Of a DNA stretch of 64,000 nucleotides, positions 36,985 through 47,309 are shown one piece after another. The stretch is from a candidate division WOR-3 bacterium (GTDB taxonomy: Bacteria > Hydrothermota > UBA3072): assembly GCA_023131835.1 (NCBI GenBank), contig JAGLZA010000102.1, positions 616 through 64,615 on the forward strand. The letters run 5' to 3'. The notes under the pieces were generated by a model, which had not been told where the DNA came from, did not search any database, and saw only the letters and a list, made by a program, of their open reading frames with translations. Both the position numbers and the translations under genes were made by a program. Numbering within the stretch: the stretch's first letter is position 1; every line of letters starts with the position of its first letter.

Positions 36985-37872
36985 TTACCTCCAGATAACG
37001 AGTAATAATCCTAAAAATGCTATTATTGTAGGCCACTTTATACAGTAATTGAATGCCTGTTCAATTCTGAACCTTGGATACACTGTGCTTATAAGAAGAA
37101 CAATTAAGAATATCGGCAGCATTTTCATGAAGAAGGTCAAAGGTTCCGACCCTCCGCCCATAAATAGAGCGACGAATAGTGCAATATCTATAAATATCAG
37201 GTATATATGCTGAATCTTTGATAATGCGAGATAGATTCCTCCATACTCAACTTCAGGTCCGGAAGAGATCTCCTGGGGTGCACCAACTTGATCAAATGGC
37301 TTCATTCCCATCATTACAGGGAGTATGAGTAACAAGGCAATTCCTGAGAGGGGCATTGAGATTATACCCCAGTGACTTGCTCTCTGCAGTTCCACTATTT
37401 CAACAAAAGAGGTTGTTCCATAATTGGTCATAACAGAAAGAGCAACAAGAAGAAAAGGAATCTCATAACCAAGAGCAAGTATAAATTTCCGGGAGATACC
37501 GATTGAGACATTTGGGTTGGCTGCTTCAACGCTGGATAAAGCAATACCCAACGGCGCAATGAGCATTAGATATAAAACAACTAATAAACCACCTGACCCA
37601 TGCAGGGGAACAATATTTCCGATTGGTATGAAAAGTAAGGTTACTATTGCTCCTCCGAGAGAAAGAAGAATTCCAAAATCAAAGAGGAAGCCATGAGATA
37701 CGCTTTCCTGATGGAACAATTTTACTATATCTATAATGGGCTGGTATAATGGTGGGCCATATCTCCAGTGAATTCTTGCTTTGATTTTTCTTGAAAATCC
37801 CAAAAAGAGTACTCCAACCATAAAACCAATGACTATTGAACCTACTATAAGCAATATCACCATAAATTCCAC
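36985..37872 (-). CDS. NuoH/HyfC/MbhM-like membrane subunit
   Basis: 295 aa with 8 transmembrane segments; WRYGPPLYQPIIDIVKLF is a NuoH-family signature. Confidence 0.65.
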   Translation of the reverse strand: MEFMVILLIVGSIVIGFMVGVLFLGFSRKIKARIHWRYGPPLYQPIIDIVKLFHQESVSHGFLFDFGILLSLGGAIVTLLFIPIGNIVPLHGSGGLLVVLYLMLIAPLGIALSSVEAANPNVSIGISRKFILALGYEIPFLLVALSVMTNYGTTSFVEIVELQRASHWGIISMPLSGIALLLILPVMMGMKPFDQVGAPQEISSGPEVEYGGIYLALSKIQHIYLIFIDIALFVALFMGGGSEPLTFFMKMLPIFLIVLLISTVYPRFRIEQAFNYCIKWPTIIAFLGLLLVIWR

Positions 37873-39701
37873 CCCATTCTTAGAATTAAAAGGAATGCAA
37901 GGAAGAGAACTATATAAAGCACATAAGTTCCGAGATCGCCCACGTATATTTTTCTAATTGTATCGGATAAAGTCCCTCCGAATTTTACTATTTTCTCGAA
38001 GAATATTGAAACCCATTCCCTGAAAATAGGTTTCATTTCCCGGAATAAAGGAGCATAGAACTCCGACGTATATGCATATTTATCTCTTGGGGCAGGATGC
38101 CCGGCAGCATAAGTATCTTCCTGAGTAACCCTTTTTGACCTGAATCCAATTCTGTATAGGATGTAAATTCCAAAAACTACCAGTATTATTGCAAAGAAGA
38201 TGTTTACAGTATTAAGCGTTCCCATTTCAGTAACTATTCCCCAGATATTTACCTGCATTGAAGCAAAACCCATATTTTCCATCATCTTACCTATTATATT
38301 AAGAGGAATCCCAGGAAGCACTCCAAAGAGAATAATTGTAAATGAAAAAACAATAATGGGAAATTGCATTGAAAATGGTGCTCTTTTTATATTTGAATAT
38401 TTTTCAGGTAATTGCCCTAAGAACATATTATGGAGAAATTTATAAACTGAGAGGATAGTTCCCCATGTCCCAATAAGAGCTGCAAACGCTAAAAAGGGTG
38501 AATGATTTAAAATTAATGACTTGTAAAGCAACCATTTTGATACAAACCCGTTGGTCAACGGGACCCCGATAAGCCCTGAAATACCCAGGAGAGCTCCCAT
38601 GAATGCAATCGGCATTTTCTTTATTATGCCACCAAGGCTATTCAGGTCCCTCGTATGAGTTCTGTATTCAACTGCACCTACGCTAAAGTAAAGTAAAACT
38701 ATATATATAGCATGGTTCAGGGTGTGGAATATACCTCCGGCAACAGCGAGACTAGATCCATAGGCGATTCCTAAAATCATATATCCACCCTGTCCTATTC
38801 CATGCCAGGCGAGCAGTTTCTTGGCATCGTTCTGAAGTAGAGCAATGAAAGTTCCCATAATAATGGTAATGGCTCCCAGCCACGACAAAATAAAGGAATA
38901 ACCACCTGACCCCACCTCTAAATATCTCCCTAACCCTATGATTACGAACAAAATTAGAAGGAAACCGTATATCCCCATTCTTGTGAGCATACCGGAAATA
39001 ACGGCAGAAAAAGGAGATTCTGATTCTGTATAAGCATCAGGAAGCCATGTATGGAGCGGCATAAGTGCATTTTTAATACCAAAGGAAATGGAGAATAATA
39101 GTAAAGTTGAGAAAATATACCCTGGTGAAAGGGTATGCATTTGCTCCATAATAGCACTAATGTTAAAGGTCCCCAACTGTGAATAAATGACAAGCATACC
39201 AACAAGCATTGAAAATGAGCCAATAATTGATAAAATAATATACTTTAATCCCGCACTCCATCCTTCTTTTTTAAATGATATCAACAGGAAAGTTGACCAG
39301 CTCATTATCTCCCAGTAGATATAGAAAGATATAAGATCACCACTGAACACCACCCCCAACATACCTGCATTTACAAGGAGCATTAAGAGATAAAATAAAT
39401 CCACTCTCTTTTTATGGTTCATATCTGATAGAGAGAATATCATAGCAAAGAGATTTATGGATACGACAGCAATCCCGAAAAACCAGGAAATCCAATCCAT
39501 CTTTAACCTGAGAGGATAGTCAAGGAAAGAAAAGTATGTCAACTCTATTCCCGGCGTCCTGTACATTAAAGAAACAAGAACCACCAGGACAACCGATAAT
39601 AAGATAGCAAAGAAATCCCGGACTCTGGCAGAAATCTTACCGAGAAGGTAAACAAGAAATGCTCCTCCAAAGCCGATGAGTAAAGTGCATTCAAGTAGCA
39701 T
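37857..39701 (-). CDS. MrpA/NuoL/HyfB-like proton-pumping antiporter subunit
   Basis: 614 aa polytopic; Proton_antipo_M-type motifs (WLPDAY..., HAIYI...). Confidence 0.65.
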   Translation of the reverse strand: MLLECTLLIGFGGAFLVYLLGKISARVRDFFAILLSVVLVVLVSLMYRTPGIELTYFSFLDYPLRLKMDWISWFFGIAVVSINLFAMIFSLSDMNHKKRVDLFYLLMLLVNAGMLGVVFSGDLISFYIYWEIMSWSTFLLISFKKEGWSAGLKYIILSIIGSFSMLVGMLVIYSQLGTFNISAIMEQMHTLSPGYIFSTLLLFSISFGIKNALMPLHTWLPDAYTESESPFSAVISGMLTRMGIYGFLLILFVIIGLGRYLEVGSGGYSFILSWLGAITIIMGTFIALLQNDAKKLLAWHGIGQGGYMILGIAYGSSLAVAGGIFHTLNHAIYIVLLYFSVGAVEYRTHTRDLNSLGGIIKKMPIAFMGALLGISGLIGVPLTNGFVSKWLLYKSLILNHSPFLAFAALIGTWGTILSVYKFLHNMFLGQLPEKYSNIKRAPFSMQFPIIVFSFTIILFGVLPGIPLNIIGKMMENMGFASMQVNIWGIVTEMGTLNTVNIFFAIILVVFGIYILYRIGFRSKRVTQEDTYAAGHPAPRDKYAYTSEFYAPLFREMKPIFREWVSIFFEKIVKFGGTLSDTIRKIYVGDLGTYVLYIVLFLAFLLILRMGWNLW

Positions 39702-41170
39702 TATAATGCTCCAAGAACTTGTTCAATATAACCCATTTTATCAATCAGATTATGAGAAGCAAGGTGCAGAAACTGATTTATAGCCTGTGGATATACACCG
39801 ATTCCTACGATAAGAAGAGTCAGAATCACCATTGGGACCAGGGCGGTCAAAGGAGCTTCGTCTATCCCTGTCTCTTCGGTTTTCGAAAAAATTCCTTGCA
39901 GGAGTTTAAAGAAATAGGATATCTCGATTACTGTTCCCAGCAAAACGGCACCAACAAGAAAATAGAAATAAGCCTGATGGGTTAATAAAGCAGACTTTAT
40001 AATAATAAACTTACTGGGAAATCCGATAAAAGGAGGTAAGCCCACGAGAGAGAATGCACCAATCAGGAAACAAAAAGAGGTAATGGGCATTCTGACTCCA
40101 ATTCCCTTCATTTCTTCAATTTTTCTGGAACTAACCTTCCATATCATATAGCCGGCTGCAAGGAAGAGGAGTGCCTTAGAAAGAGCATGCGATAAAACCT
40201 GGAAAAGTCCTCCGGAAATACTCTCGGCAGTTCCAATAGAAATGGCAAAAAGAATGAGACCAATCTGTCCAATTGATGAATAAGCAAGAAGCCTCTTAAT
40301 ATCGTTCTGCTTAAACGCTGATAACTCTCCTATTAACAGAGTCAGTATCCCCAATCCCGCAAGGAAGTGGAGGAGATTTGATGCTCCAAACACGGTCCAG
40401 ACAAATCGCACCACTGCATAGATTCCTACTTCGATTGCAAAACCAGAAAGCACGGCGCTTATAGTCGATGGAGCCGACGAATGAGCATCAGGCAACCAGG
40501 CATTCAAAGGAAATATTGCCCCTTCAATTCCAAAACCGGTAATAAAAAGAAAAAGAGCAAGAAATAATAATGGAGAATTTACAGAATGGATTTGATTTGC
40601 GATATCTGCCATATTGAGTGAACCGCAGAGACCATAGATTAAACCAATTCCTATGAGAATAAAGGCTGAACCTACAGACCCCTGAATGAGATATTTTATC
40701 CCTGCTTCCACACCATCCTTATCTCTGTTATAGGCAACGAGCGCATAAGAAGAAATACAGAGTATCTCAAAAAAGACAAACATGTTAAATATGTCACCGG
40801 TAAGGACAACTCCTACCGAACCCGCCAGAAAGAGAAGGAAAAGTAGATGATATTTATCAATATCTCCCTTTTGGATATATTTTATTGCATAAATGGATAC
40901 GAGAAAGCCCACAAGGCTTACAATTCCTGCAAAGAAGAGGGAAAAGGGGCTTACCACAAGGTTTATTCCAAAAGGAGGTCGAAAACCTCCAATCTTCACC
41001 ACTATTGGATTTTTTGAGACAGCCGGAATCAGTACACCCACTATTATTAACATTGCCAGAGCTACAATCATGGATATGTATTTGGATAGATGTTTGGATA
41101 TAAATGCGAATAAAGGTATAGCGAATGCTCCGCCAAGGGGTATAACGATAAGTAGAACAGGGTTTACCAT
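39701..41170 (-). CDS. MrpD/NuoM/MbhH-like antiporter subunit
   Basis: 489 aa polytopic; AWLPDAHSSAPSTISA... is typical of the antiporter-like family. Confidence 0.65.
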   Translation of the reverse strand: MVNPVLLIVIPLGGAFAIPLFAFISKHLSKYISMIVALAMLIIVGVLIPAVSKNPIVVKIGGFRPPFGINLVVSPFSLFFAGIVSLVGFLVSIYAIKYIQKGDIDKYHLLFLLFLAGSVGVVLTGDIFNMFVFFEILCISSYALVAYNRDKDGVEAGIKYLIQGSVGSAFILIGIGLIYGLCGSLNMADIANQIHSVNSPLLFLALFLFITGFGIEGAIFPLNAWLPDAHSSAPSTISAVLSGFAIEVGIYAVVRFVWTVFGASNLLHFLAGLGILTLLIGELSAFKQNDIKRLLAYSSIGQIGLILFAISIGTAESISGGLFQVLSHALSKALLFLAAGYMIWKVSSRKIEEMKGIGVRMPITSFCFLIGAFSLVGLPPFIGFPSKFIIIKSALLTHQAYFYFLVGAVLLGTVIEISYFFKLLQGIFSKTEETGIDEAPLTALVPMVILTLLIVGIGVYPQAINQFLHLASHNLIDKMGYIEQVLGAL

Positions 41171-41523
41171 TTAAGATCCCTTATCTTTCTAGTGTTGAGG
41201 GTTCCATAATGCCTGTAAAGGACTATTGTCAGGGAAAGAGCAAGAGCAATGATTGCCAATCCTATTACAATAGCGGTTAACACCAGAGCCTGGGGCACGG
41301 GATCAACCATCCTGGAGGGCAAGAGATTCTCACGTGAGAAGATAGGAGCCGTCCCTCCGGATAAATATCCCATGGAAATCAATAAAATATTTACTCCCGT
41401 ATCCATAATTGAAAGACCAATAATCATCTTTATCAGGTTTTTCTTTATCAAAATTATATAAAGACCTATGAGGATTAAACCAAAAGAGGCAATATAATAG
41501 AGATAATTCTCAATAAATTCCAT
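41164..41523 (-). CDS. MrpC/NuoK-like small membrane subunit
   Basis: 119 aa with 3 transmembrane segments, positioned within the Mrp set. Confidence 0.5.
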   Translation of the reverse strand: MEFIENYLYYIASFGLILIGLYIILIKKNLIKMIIGLSIMDTGVNILLISMGYLSGGTAPIFSRENLLPSRMVDPVPQALVLTAIVIGLAIIALALSLTIVLYRHYGTLNTRKIRDLKW

Positions 41524-42239
41524 TATCCACTCCTAATCATGTCATCTATAATGCCGGTTATTTCTGAGCCCACCTTGAATCCTATTGCAATATAGATAAT
41601 AGGAATGATACCGGCACTGAAGAGTTCATTGGGAATTCCTTTTGGCAAATAATTCAAGAGAAAATGTCCACCATAAAGGAGTCCCAGTAGACCTACAACC
41701 ACAAAAATTAGTCCCGAAAGGGACTCTGTTATCTTCATTTTACTTCTATTAAAACCCCACCAACTTCGTGAACCAAGAATAACAAGGAGGAAACCGGAAG
41801 CTACTATAGCACCTCCCTGAAAACCTCCTCCAGGAGTTAAGTGTCCATGAATAAAGATATAAGCGCCGAAAAGAAGAATCAGGGGGAACAGAAATTTGCA
41901 ACCCGTATATAAAATCAAACTGCTCCTTCTCCTATTTTTTCTTTCCCCTTCTTTTTCCCTGTAAAGAATCGCAGAGAGACCAATTGCAGCAAGAAAGAGC
42001 ACTGTCACTTCCCCAAGGGTATCAAATCCACGATAATTGACCACCACTGAGGTTACTATGTTTGTTGCTCCTGTCTGTTCAATTCCTTTTTCCAGGCAGT
42101 ATTTTCTCACTTCACTTTTCGTCTTTCCAAAGGGTACCTCCTGAAGGGAGAGCCCAATCCCTATTGCTATTATGACAACAAGGATAAAACTAACTGCCTT
42201 CCTCATCTTCTTCAAACCTTTTCGTCTTCTTAATTGCAA
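41523..42239 (-). CDS. MrpB/MnhB-domain (MbhE-like) membrane subunit
   Basis: TGATNIVTSVVVNYRGFDTLGEVTVLFLA is an MnhB-domain signature. The start may be the internal Met at about 42206. Confidence 0.55.
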   Translation of the reverse strand: MQLRRRKGLKKMRKAVSFILVVIIAIGIGLSLQEVPFGKTKSEVRKYCLEKGIEQTGATNIVTSVVVNYRGFDTLGEVTVLFLAAIGLSAILYREKEGERKNRRRSSLILYTGCKFLFPLILLFGAYIFIHGHLTPGGGFQGGAIVASGFLLVILGSRSWWGFNRSKMKITESLSGLIFVVVGLLGLLYGGHFLLNYLPKGIPNELFSAGIIPIIYIAIGFKVGSEITGIIDDMIRSG

Positions 42240-42450
42240 TGATGAAAATAGCTACGGTCAGGGCTGCGCCGATGGAAGCCTCAGCCATCGCAACATCCGG
42301 AGCCTGGAGAAAATAGAACAGGATTGCAGCAATGAAACTAACAAAGCCTACGGCAATAACAGCGTTCAATAGATCTTTAAAAATTCCTGCTGCGGCTGCT
42401 GCAATCAGCATTACGAAAACAAGTATTATCTCAAGTATCATTATCTTCAT
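42190..42450 (-). CDS. MbhD/MrpB-N-like small membrane subunit
   Basis: 86 aa with 2-3 transmembrane segments, positioned between MrpG and MnhB homologs. Confidence 0.4.
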   Translation of the reverse strand: MKIMILEIILVFVMLIAAAAAGIFKDLLNAVIAVGFVSFIAAILFYFLQAPDVAMAEASIGAALTVAIFIIAIKKTKRFEEDEEGS

Positions 42451-42763
42451 CCCTGCAGAAATCTTCTGATTGATTCACTTTGGTCTTCTCACAGAACGAA
42501 ACTGAAGACATGTATGATGCCCTTCCGAATGCGTGACTTGATATTGGATTTGTCAGTAAAACAAATACAGCAATTATTAATGTAGTCCAGAACCAGGAAG
42601 GTTCTATTATCCCAACACCAAGAATAGCACAGAAGGCTCCAAGTGTTGTGCATTTTGTCCCTGCCTGAAGCCTGTTGTATACATCAGGCATCCTGTAAAT
42701 GCCAAGACTACCCAGAAATAAAAATATTACTCCAAAACCTGTGACCCACCAACCCCAGGTCAT
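42431..42763 (-). CDS. mrpG: Na+/H+ antiporter subunit G (MrpG/MnhG)-like
   Basis: GIYRMPDVYNRLQAGTKCTTLG matches the MnhG motif. Confidence 0.65.
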   Translation of the reverse strand: MTWGWWVTGFGVIFLFLGSLGIYRMPDVYNRLQAGTKCTTLGAFCAILGVGIIEPSWFWTTLIIAVFVLLTNPISSHAFGRASYMSSVSFCEKTKVNQSEDFCRDEDNDT

Positions 42764-43014
42764 TCAATCCCTCCTTCAAGATATCTTGCAATTGCGACAG
42801 AACCGATAAAGGTTAAAACAGCGTATACAAGCGAGACATCCAGATATATTTTTCTTTTCAGGATAAGACCAATCAGGACCAATAGTGCCGTGGTAACCGT
42901 TACCGATGTATCCAGAGCAACTGCGCGGTCGGGAGCAGTCGGTCCCTTCATCATCCGTAGCAAACACAATACAACTCCCAATCCAATAATTATGAGATAA
43001 ATAGTTCCAATCAT
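42760..43014 (-). CDS. mrpF: Na+/H+ antiporter subunit F (MrpF/MnhF)-like
   Basis: 84 aa; MMKGPTAPDRAVALDT matches the MnhF motif. Confidence 0.65.
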   Translation of the reverse strand: MIGTIYLIIIGLGVVLCLLRMMKGPTAPDRAVALDTSVTVTTALLVLIGLILKRKIYLDVSLVYAVLTFIGSVAIARYLEGGIE

Positions 43015-43535
43015 TGGAATATAATCCTCAGATACTTTTCAAATCTTCCACCTATTATTTCAGTGGCTTCTTCAATAGCGGTGGCTCTGACGTCAATCCA
43101 GTGAATCAGCAATCTATCCTCCTGAATATCAAGAGTAAACGTTCCCGGTGTCAGGGTTATGGAATTAGCAAGGATTATTTTTGCCAGATCTGATTTAAGC
43201 CGGGTCTTTATAATCACCACACCGGGATTTATGGGTAAAGACGGACGAATGATCCGTGAAGCAACATCCAGATTAGCCCTTATTATCTCCCAGAAGAGAA
43301 TGAATATATAAAGGATAAAAAATCCGAATCTTTTAGGTGTTACAGGGGGGAAACCGAGTCGAATATAAAATTCATGAGTGGTGATAGCGATTATAAAAGA
43401 TATAACAATTCCAACCCAGAATTCCTGGTAATAGAAGGTCGATGTAAGGAGAAGCCAGAGTATAAAAAGAGAGAAAAATAGCCACAAAAAACCTTTTATT
43501 CTATCTTTTCCAGAATAATTATTATTCTTATACAT
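43011..43535 (-). CDS. mrpE: Na+/H+ antiporter subunit E (MrpE/MnhE)-like
   Basis: 174 aa; ...ANSITLTPGTFTLDI... matches the MnhE motif. Confidence 0.6.
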   Translation of the reverse strand: MYKNNNYSGKDRIKGFLWLFFSLFILWLLLTSTFYYQEFWVGIVISFIIAITTHEFYIRLGFPPVTPKRFGFFILYIFILFWEIIRANLDVASRIIRPSLPINPGVVIIKTRLKSDLAKIILANSITLTPGTFTLDIQEDRLLIHWIDVRATAIEEATEIIGGRFEKYLRIIFQ

Positions 43536-43537
43536 CT

Positions 43538-45196
43538 TTAAAATATATCTATCATTCTTGCCAGAGATTCTTTACCTCTATATTCTGGTAAAAGGATTGG
43601 AGACCTTCTTTCGGGTTTGATGCCTGCTTCCTTAAGCATTTCAACATATCTTTTCTGATGCTCAAGGGTAAGTTTGCCCTGTTTTGCCCCTGATTTCACA
43701 TATTCAGCAGTTGAAATTCCAGACCTTCTACCGAATACCATGGTATCCAGGGTTGAATTTCCCATAAGTCTGTTCTTTCCATGGACTCCTCCTGAAACTT
43801 CGCCTGCTACCCATAATCCATCAATAGTGGTATGACCATGGGGATCTGTTTCCACTCCTCCATTTTGATAGTGAAGTGTGGGGAAGACGAGAACAGGATT
43901 TTTTGTCATATCAATATCATACCGACTGAACATCCTGTTCATTCCGGGAAAGGCTTTCTCAATATAGCCCTTACCGTACTTTTCATCAATCAGAGGAGTA
44001 TCCAGCCAGACACCTCTGAGGCCAGTTGGAGTGGTGATTCCTTTATCTCTGACATAACACTCCCTTATTATCGCAGAGGCTTCCACATCCCTTGGTTCGA
44101 GAGGAAAAACAAAGGCTTCTCCATCTATATTAACAGGTTGCGCTCCGGAACTTCTTAGTTTCTCTGTGAGAAGATAGCCTACAATCTGAATCGGATATGC
44201 TGCTCCAGTGGGATGATATTGGACTGTATCAGTATCCCTCAATTTTGCCCCTGCCCGGTATGCTAATACGATTCCATCAGCAGTGGCTCCGTAATGATTG
44301 GTGGTCGGGAATCCTCTTATATGTAGTCGTCCGAAACCACCGGTAGCAAGAATTGTTGCGGTAGCCTCCACAATCTTATATTCTCCGGTTTCAAGATTAT
44401 AAAGAACCGCTCCTGTAACTCTATTTTCTCCATCAGTAAGGAATTCAATAGCAGGGTAATGTTCAATACATCCTATCTCCTTACTTCGAAATTCATCCCT
44501 AATAACCCTTAATTCTTCAAGACCTGTATAGTCCTTGCAGGAGTGCAACCTCCTGATTGATGTCCCACCTCCCCATTTCTCCACAAAATTTCCATTCTCT
44601 TCTTTATCAATAATTGCACCTAATTCGTGCAACCAGTGCATTATAAAGGGTGCATCTTCAACCAATCCACGCAGAACTTCCGGTTTATTTGTGAAGTGCC
44701 CTCCCCCCATAGTATCGATATAATGCCTCTTCAGGGAATCAACCTCCCTGTCTGCTGCTTGAGTCCCCCCTTCTGCCATAATTGAATTGGCATCTCCGTG
44801 TCTTAATTTATTAACAAGTAAAATTTTATCTTTGGATATCCCTTCATTATTTGCCCAGATTGCGGCAGTGGTTCCTGCAAGTCCTCCCCCAATTATTAAG
44901 ATATCTACACTGTAATCTGCAGAGGAAATATCAATCTCCTCCTCTTCCACAAGTGGATAGGCTTCGAGCAAATTCACGACCGGGTCCGGAGCAATATCTC
45001 CTTTATTCTGCCCGATGGAAATCTTTCTTTTACCTCCGGGTGCATAATCAGGATGAAGATTTAAGACCTCCTCCTGCTCCTCCCTGCTCATTGGCTCGGG
45101 AGTGTAGTCCTTTCTCTTCTGCCTTGTGGCATGAACTTTATCAATAAGTTTATACATATTCTCAGGATAACCTTCAATATACTTTAATTCAGCCAT
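43538..45196 (-). CDS. Succinate dehydrogenase/fumarate reductase-family FAD flavoprotein (paralog 1) with ~110-aa N-terminal extension
   Basis: AGGAGG SD. ILIIGGGLAGTTAA Rossmann fold; NSIMAEGG; active-site region VQYHPTGAAYP; C-terminal capping domain. The FAD fold is preceded by an extra N-terminal region not typical of SdhA. Confidence 0.7.
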   Translation of the reverse strand: MAELKYIEGYPENMYKLIDKVHATRQKRKDYTPEPMSREEQEEVLNLHPDYAPGGKRKISIGQNKGDIAPDPVVNLLEAYPLVEEEEIDISSADYSVDILIIGGGLAGTTAAIWANNEGISKDKILLVNKLRHGDANSIMAEGGTQAADREVDSLKRHYIDTMGGGHFTNKPEVLRGLVEDAPFIMHWLHELGAIIDKEENGNFVEKWGGGTSIRRLHSCKDYTGLEELRVIRDEFRSKEIGCIEHYPAIEFLTDGENRVTGAVLYNLETGEYKIVEATATILATGGFGRLHIRGFPTTNHYGATADGIVLAYRAGAKLRDTDTVQYHPTGAAYPIQIVGYLLTEKLRSSGAQPVNIDGEAFVFPLEPRDVEASAIIRECYVRDKGITTPTGLRGVWLDTPLIDEKYGKGYIEKAFPGMNRMFSRYDIDMTKNPVLVFPTLHYQNGGVETDPHGHTTIDGLWVAGEVSGGVHGKNRLMGNSTLDTMVFGRRSGISTAEYVKSGAKQGKLTLEHQKRYVEMLKEAGIKPERRSPILLPEYRGKESLARMIDIF

Positions 45197-45210
45197 CTTA
45201 TCCTCCTGAA

Positions 45211-45999
45211 TTAATCTTCTTCTCTTTTTCTTTCTGCATACATCCGCTCCAGTTCTTCTCTGCTTAGTTTTGTAATTTCTTTCATCTCTTTATCGAATTT
45301 GCCTTCTTCTATCTCTTCTAATCTTTTCTTAAGGTGTTCAGGTTCCGGACTATCATACCTTCCATACAGTCTTCTTCCTAATTGAGCAATATTGTATTGC
45401 ACAATTTCAGAAGGACATCTTATTGCGCAGAGCCCACACTGTATACAATCAAAGGATTCCTCGGCAAGTCCTTTAAAATCGCCCTTAATAGCTGCCTGAA
45501 CGTAATCCATAACTTCCAGATCCTGAGGGCAGGCTTTTGTACAGGTATTGCAGGATACACATCTTGCAAGTTCCGGATAATATTCAAAAAGCACATTAAC
45601 ATCGTATTCATGTTCTGTTAGGTCATAAGAAGGTTTCTCGGCAGGGACAAAAGGTATCTGAACAAGATACATCTCATCTTCAACCCTGGTCTGACATGCC
45701 ATACCGGTCTGAAGTTTATATTCACCCTTTTTTCTATAGACCGTGGAACAGGCCCCACAGAATCCCTGCCTGCAACCAACACCTCTAACGAATTTATACC
45801 CTGCATACTCCATTGCAGTCAATATAGTAAGGTCGGCAGGAACTTCATAGGCTCTCCCCATTATATAAATAGTTACCCAGTTCTCCACCTCTTCATCTTC
45901 AACCCCGGAAACCACCTGCCTGCTTGCTTCAGCAATTCTGTCCATAATCTCTTTCGAATCTAATTTCTTATCTGATGAGGTTTCTTCTTTATTTGGCAT
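45211..45999 (-). CDS. SdhB/FrdB-like iron-sulfur subunit ([2Fe-2S]+[4Fe-4S]+[3Fe/4Fe-4S])
   Basis: CRQGFCGACS; CVSCNTCTKACP; CIQCGLCAIRCP. Start reassigned to the ATG at 45999 (GGGAGG SD) rather than the longer ORF-track start. Confidence 0.7.
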   Translation of the reverse strand: MPNKEETSSDKKLDSKEIMDRIAEASRQVVSGVEDEEVENWVTIYIMGRAYEVPADLTILTAMEYAGYKFVRGVGCRQGFCGACSTVYRKKGEYKLQTGMACQTRVEDEMYLVQIPFVPAEKPSYDLTEHEYDVNVLFEYYPELARCVSCNTCTKACPQDLEVMDYVQAAIKGDFKGLAEESFDCIQCGLCAIRCPSEIVQYNIAQLGRRLYGRYDSPEPEHLKKRLEEIEEGKFDKEMKEITKLSREELERMYAERKREED

Positions 46000-46900
46000 T
46001 GTTCCTCCCAATAAGATTTTTCTCCTTTAACAATGGCTCTGGATTCACATAATTCAGGTCAAAACCATAATAATCTTCATTTAATCCAAAACCAATCGCC
46101 ATAAGCTGGGTAAAATAAAACACTGGAATCCTGGTAAAATCAGAATGTTTCTCCTTAATTTCCTTCTGTCTGGAATCAAGATTAAAAGCACAGAGAGGGC
46201 AACTTAACGAAATAGCCTCTGCTCCTGCGTTTTGAGCGTGAGTCAGGATGTCATAGGCAAGATTGGAAACGACCTGTTTATCCCGGATTGTCTGATAACT
46301 ACCGCAACAAACTTTCTTATAAGGATTATCGATAACCTCTGCACCCAAAGCGAAAATCAATTCTTCCTGAATTACAGGTTCCTCAGGGTCGTCAATTCCA
46401 ACTTCCTTAGGTCTTAAAAGCATACATCCATAGTATGGAGCTATTTTTAATCCTTTGAAAGGATTCGTTACATTCTCTTTTATTTTCTCAAAACCTATAT
46501 CCTTTATTAGTTCTAAAAAATGTATAACTTCCACATTACCTTTATAATCTTCTTCCAGATACATAAAGTCATTTATCTTTTTAAGATCATCAGGTTTTTC
46601 TTTTACTCGAATATTCGCTCTCTTTAACGTGTTATAACACATTGAACATAAGGTAACGAGCCTGTGGTCGTTTTCCACCAGTCCATTTTTATTCATCTCC
46701 TGCACCCTTATCAGATTTCTGATTGGGGCTACATGATGAATCAAATCATCATCGGTAAGCGAAAAAACGGTTCCACAGCAGTTCCATCTGGAAAGTTCAA
46801 TCAACTCTATACCTAACTTTTCGGCAACAGCGAGGGCAGAGGTTTCAAAATTTCTTGCCTTTGTTTTAAGAGTGCATCCGGGATAATATGAAACCTTCAT
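45989..46900 (-). CDS. hdrB: Heterodisulfide reductase subunit B-like (two CCG domains)
   Basis: MKVSYYPGCTLK...WNCCG is the N-terminal CCG motif, with a second CCG domain (...KKVCCGS...). Confidence 0.75.
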   Translation of the reverse strand: MKVSYYPGCTLKTKARNFETSALAVAEKLGIELIELSRWNCCGTVFSLTDDDLIHHVAPIRNLIRVQEMNKNGLVENDHRLVTLCSMCYNTLKRANIRVKEKPDDLKKINDFMYLEEDYKGNVEVIHFLELIKDIGFEKIKENVTNPFKGLKIAPYYGCMLLRPKEVGIDDPEEPVIQEELIFALGAEVIDNPYKKVCCGSYQTIRDKQVVSNLAYDILTHAQNAGAEAISLSCPLCAFNLDSRQKEIKEKHSDFTRIPVFYFTQLMAIGFGLNEDYYGFDLNYVNPEPLLKEKNLIGRNNAK

Positions 46901-46904
46901 TAAT

Positions 46905-47309
46905 CTATCCTGTAAATTTTCTCATACCGCTTATCAGAGCAATCTGAGGTAATCGCTTCATTTCATCCTTCGAGAGTTTCTTTACATCAATATGATCTAT
47001 AGCCTGACGGAGTTCCACCTGTCTTAGTGCCTCTGCTACCTTGGACAAATCCAATCCGCGGGGACATCTTACAGTGCAAGTAAAACAGGAGGCGCACAAC
47101 CACATGGCTTTTGACTCCATAACCTCAGATTCTCCAAGCTGTACCATTCTCATCAACTGGGAAGGTGTAATATCCATCTCGGATACCATGGGGCAACTTG
47201 CCGAACAGATTCCACATTGGTCACATCGAGTTATCACCTCACCTGATAATTCTTCAATCTTCTTCAGAAAATCCACATTTTTGTCAGATAGTTTAAGTTT
47301 CTTAATCAT
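46905..47309 (-). CDS. hdrC: Heterodisulfide reductase subunit C-like (2x[4Fe-4S])
   Basis: CDQCGICSASCP and CASCFTCTVRCP. Confidence 0.75.
   Translation of the reverse strand: MIKKLKLSDKNVDFLKKIEELSGEVITRCDQCGICSASCPMVSEMDITPSQLMRMVQLGESEVMESKAMWLCASCFTCTVRCPRGLDLSKVAEALRQVELRQAIDHIDVKKLSKDEMKRLPQIALISGMRKFTG

Noticed and set aside
43538-45196. Adenylylsulfate reductase alpha (AprA) assignment for the FAD flavoproteins
   Set aside because: The partner subunit has a plant-type [2Fe-2S] CxxxxCxxC motif plus two cubane motifs, like SdhB/FrdB. AprB is a ~150-aa 2x[4Fe-4S] ferredoxin with a tail. This cannot be excluded without phylogeny.
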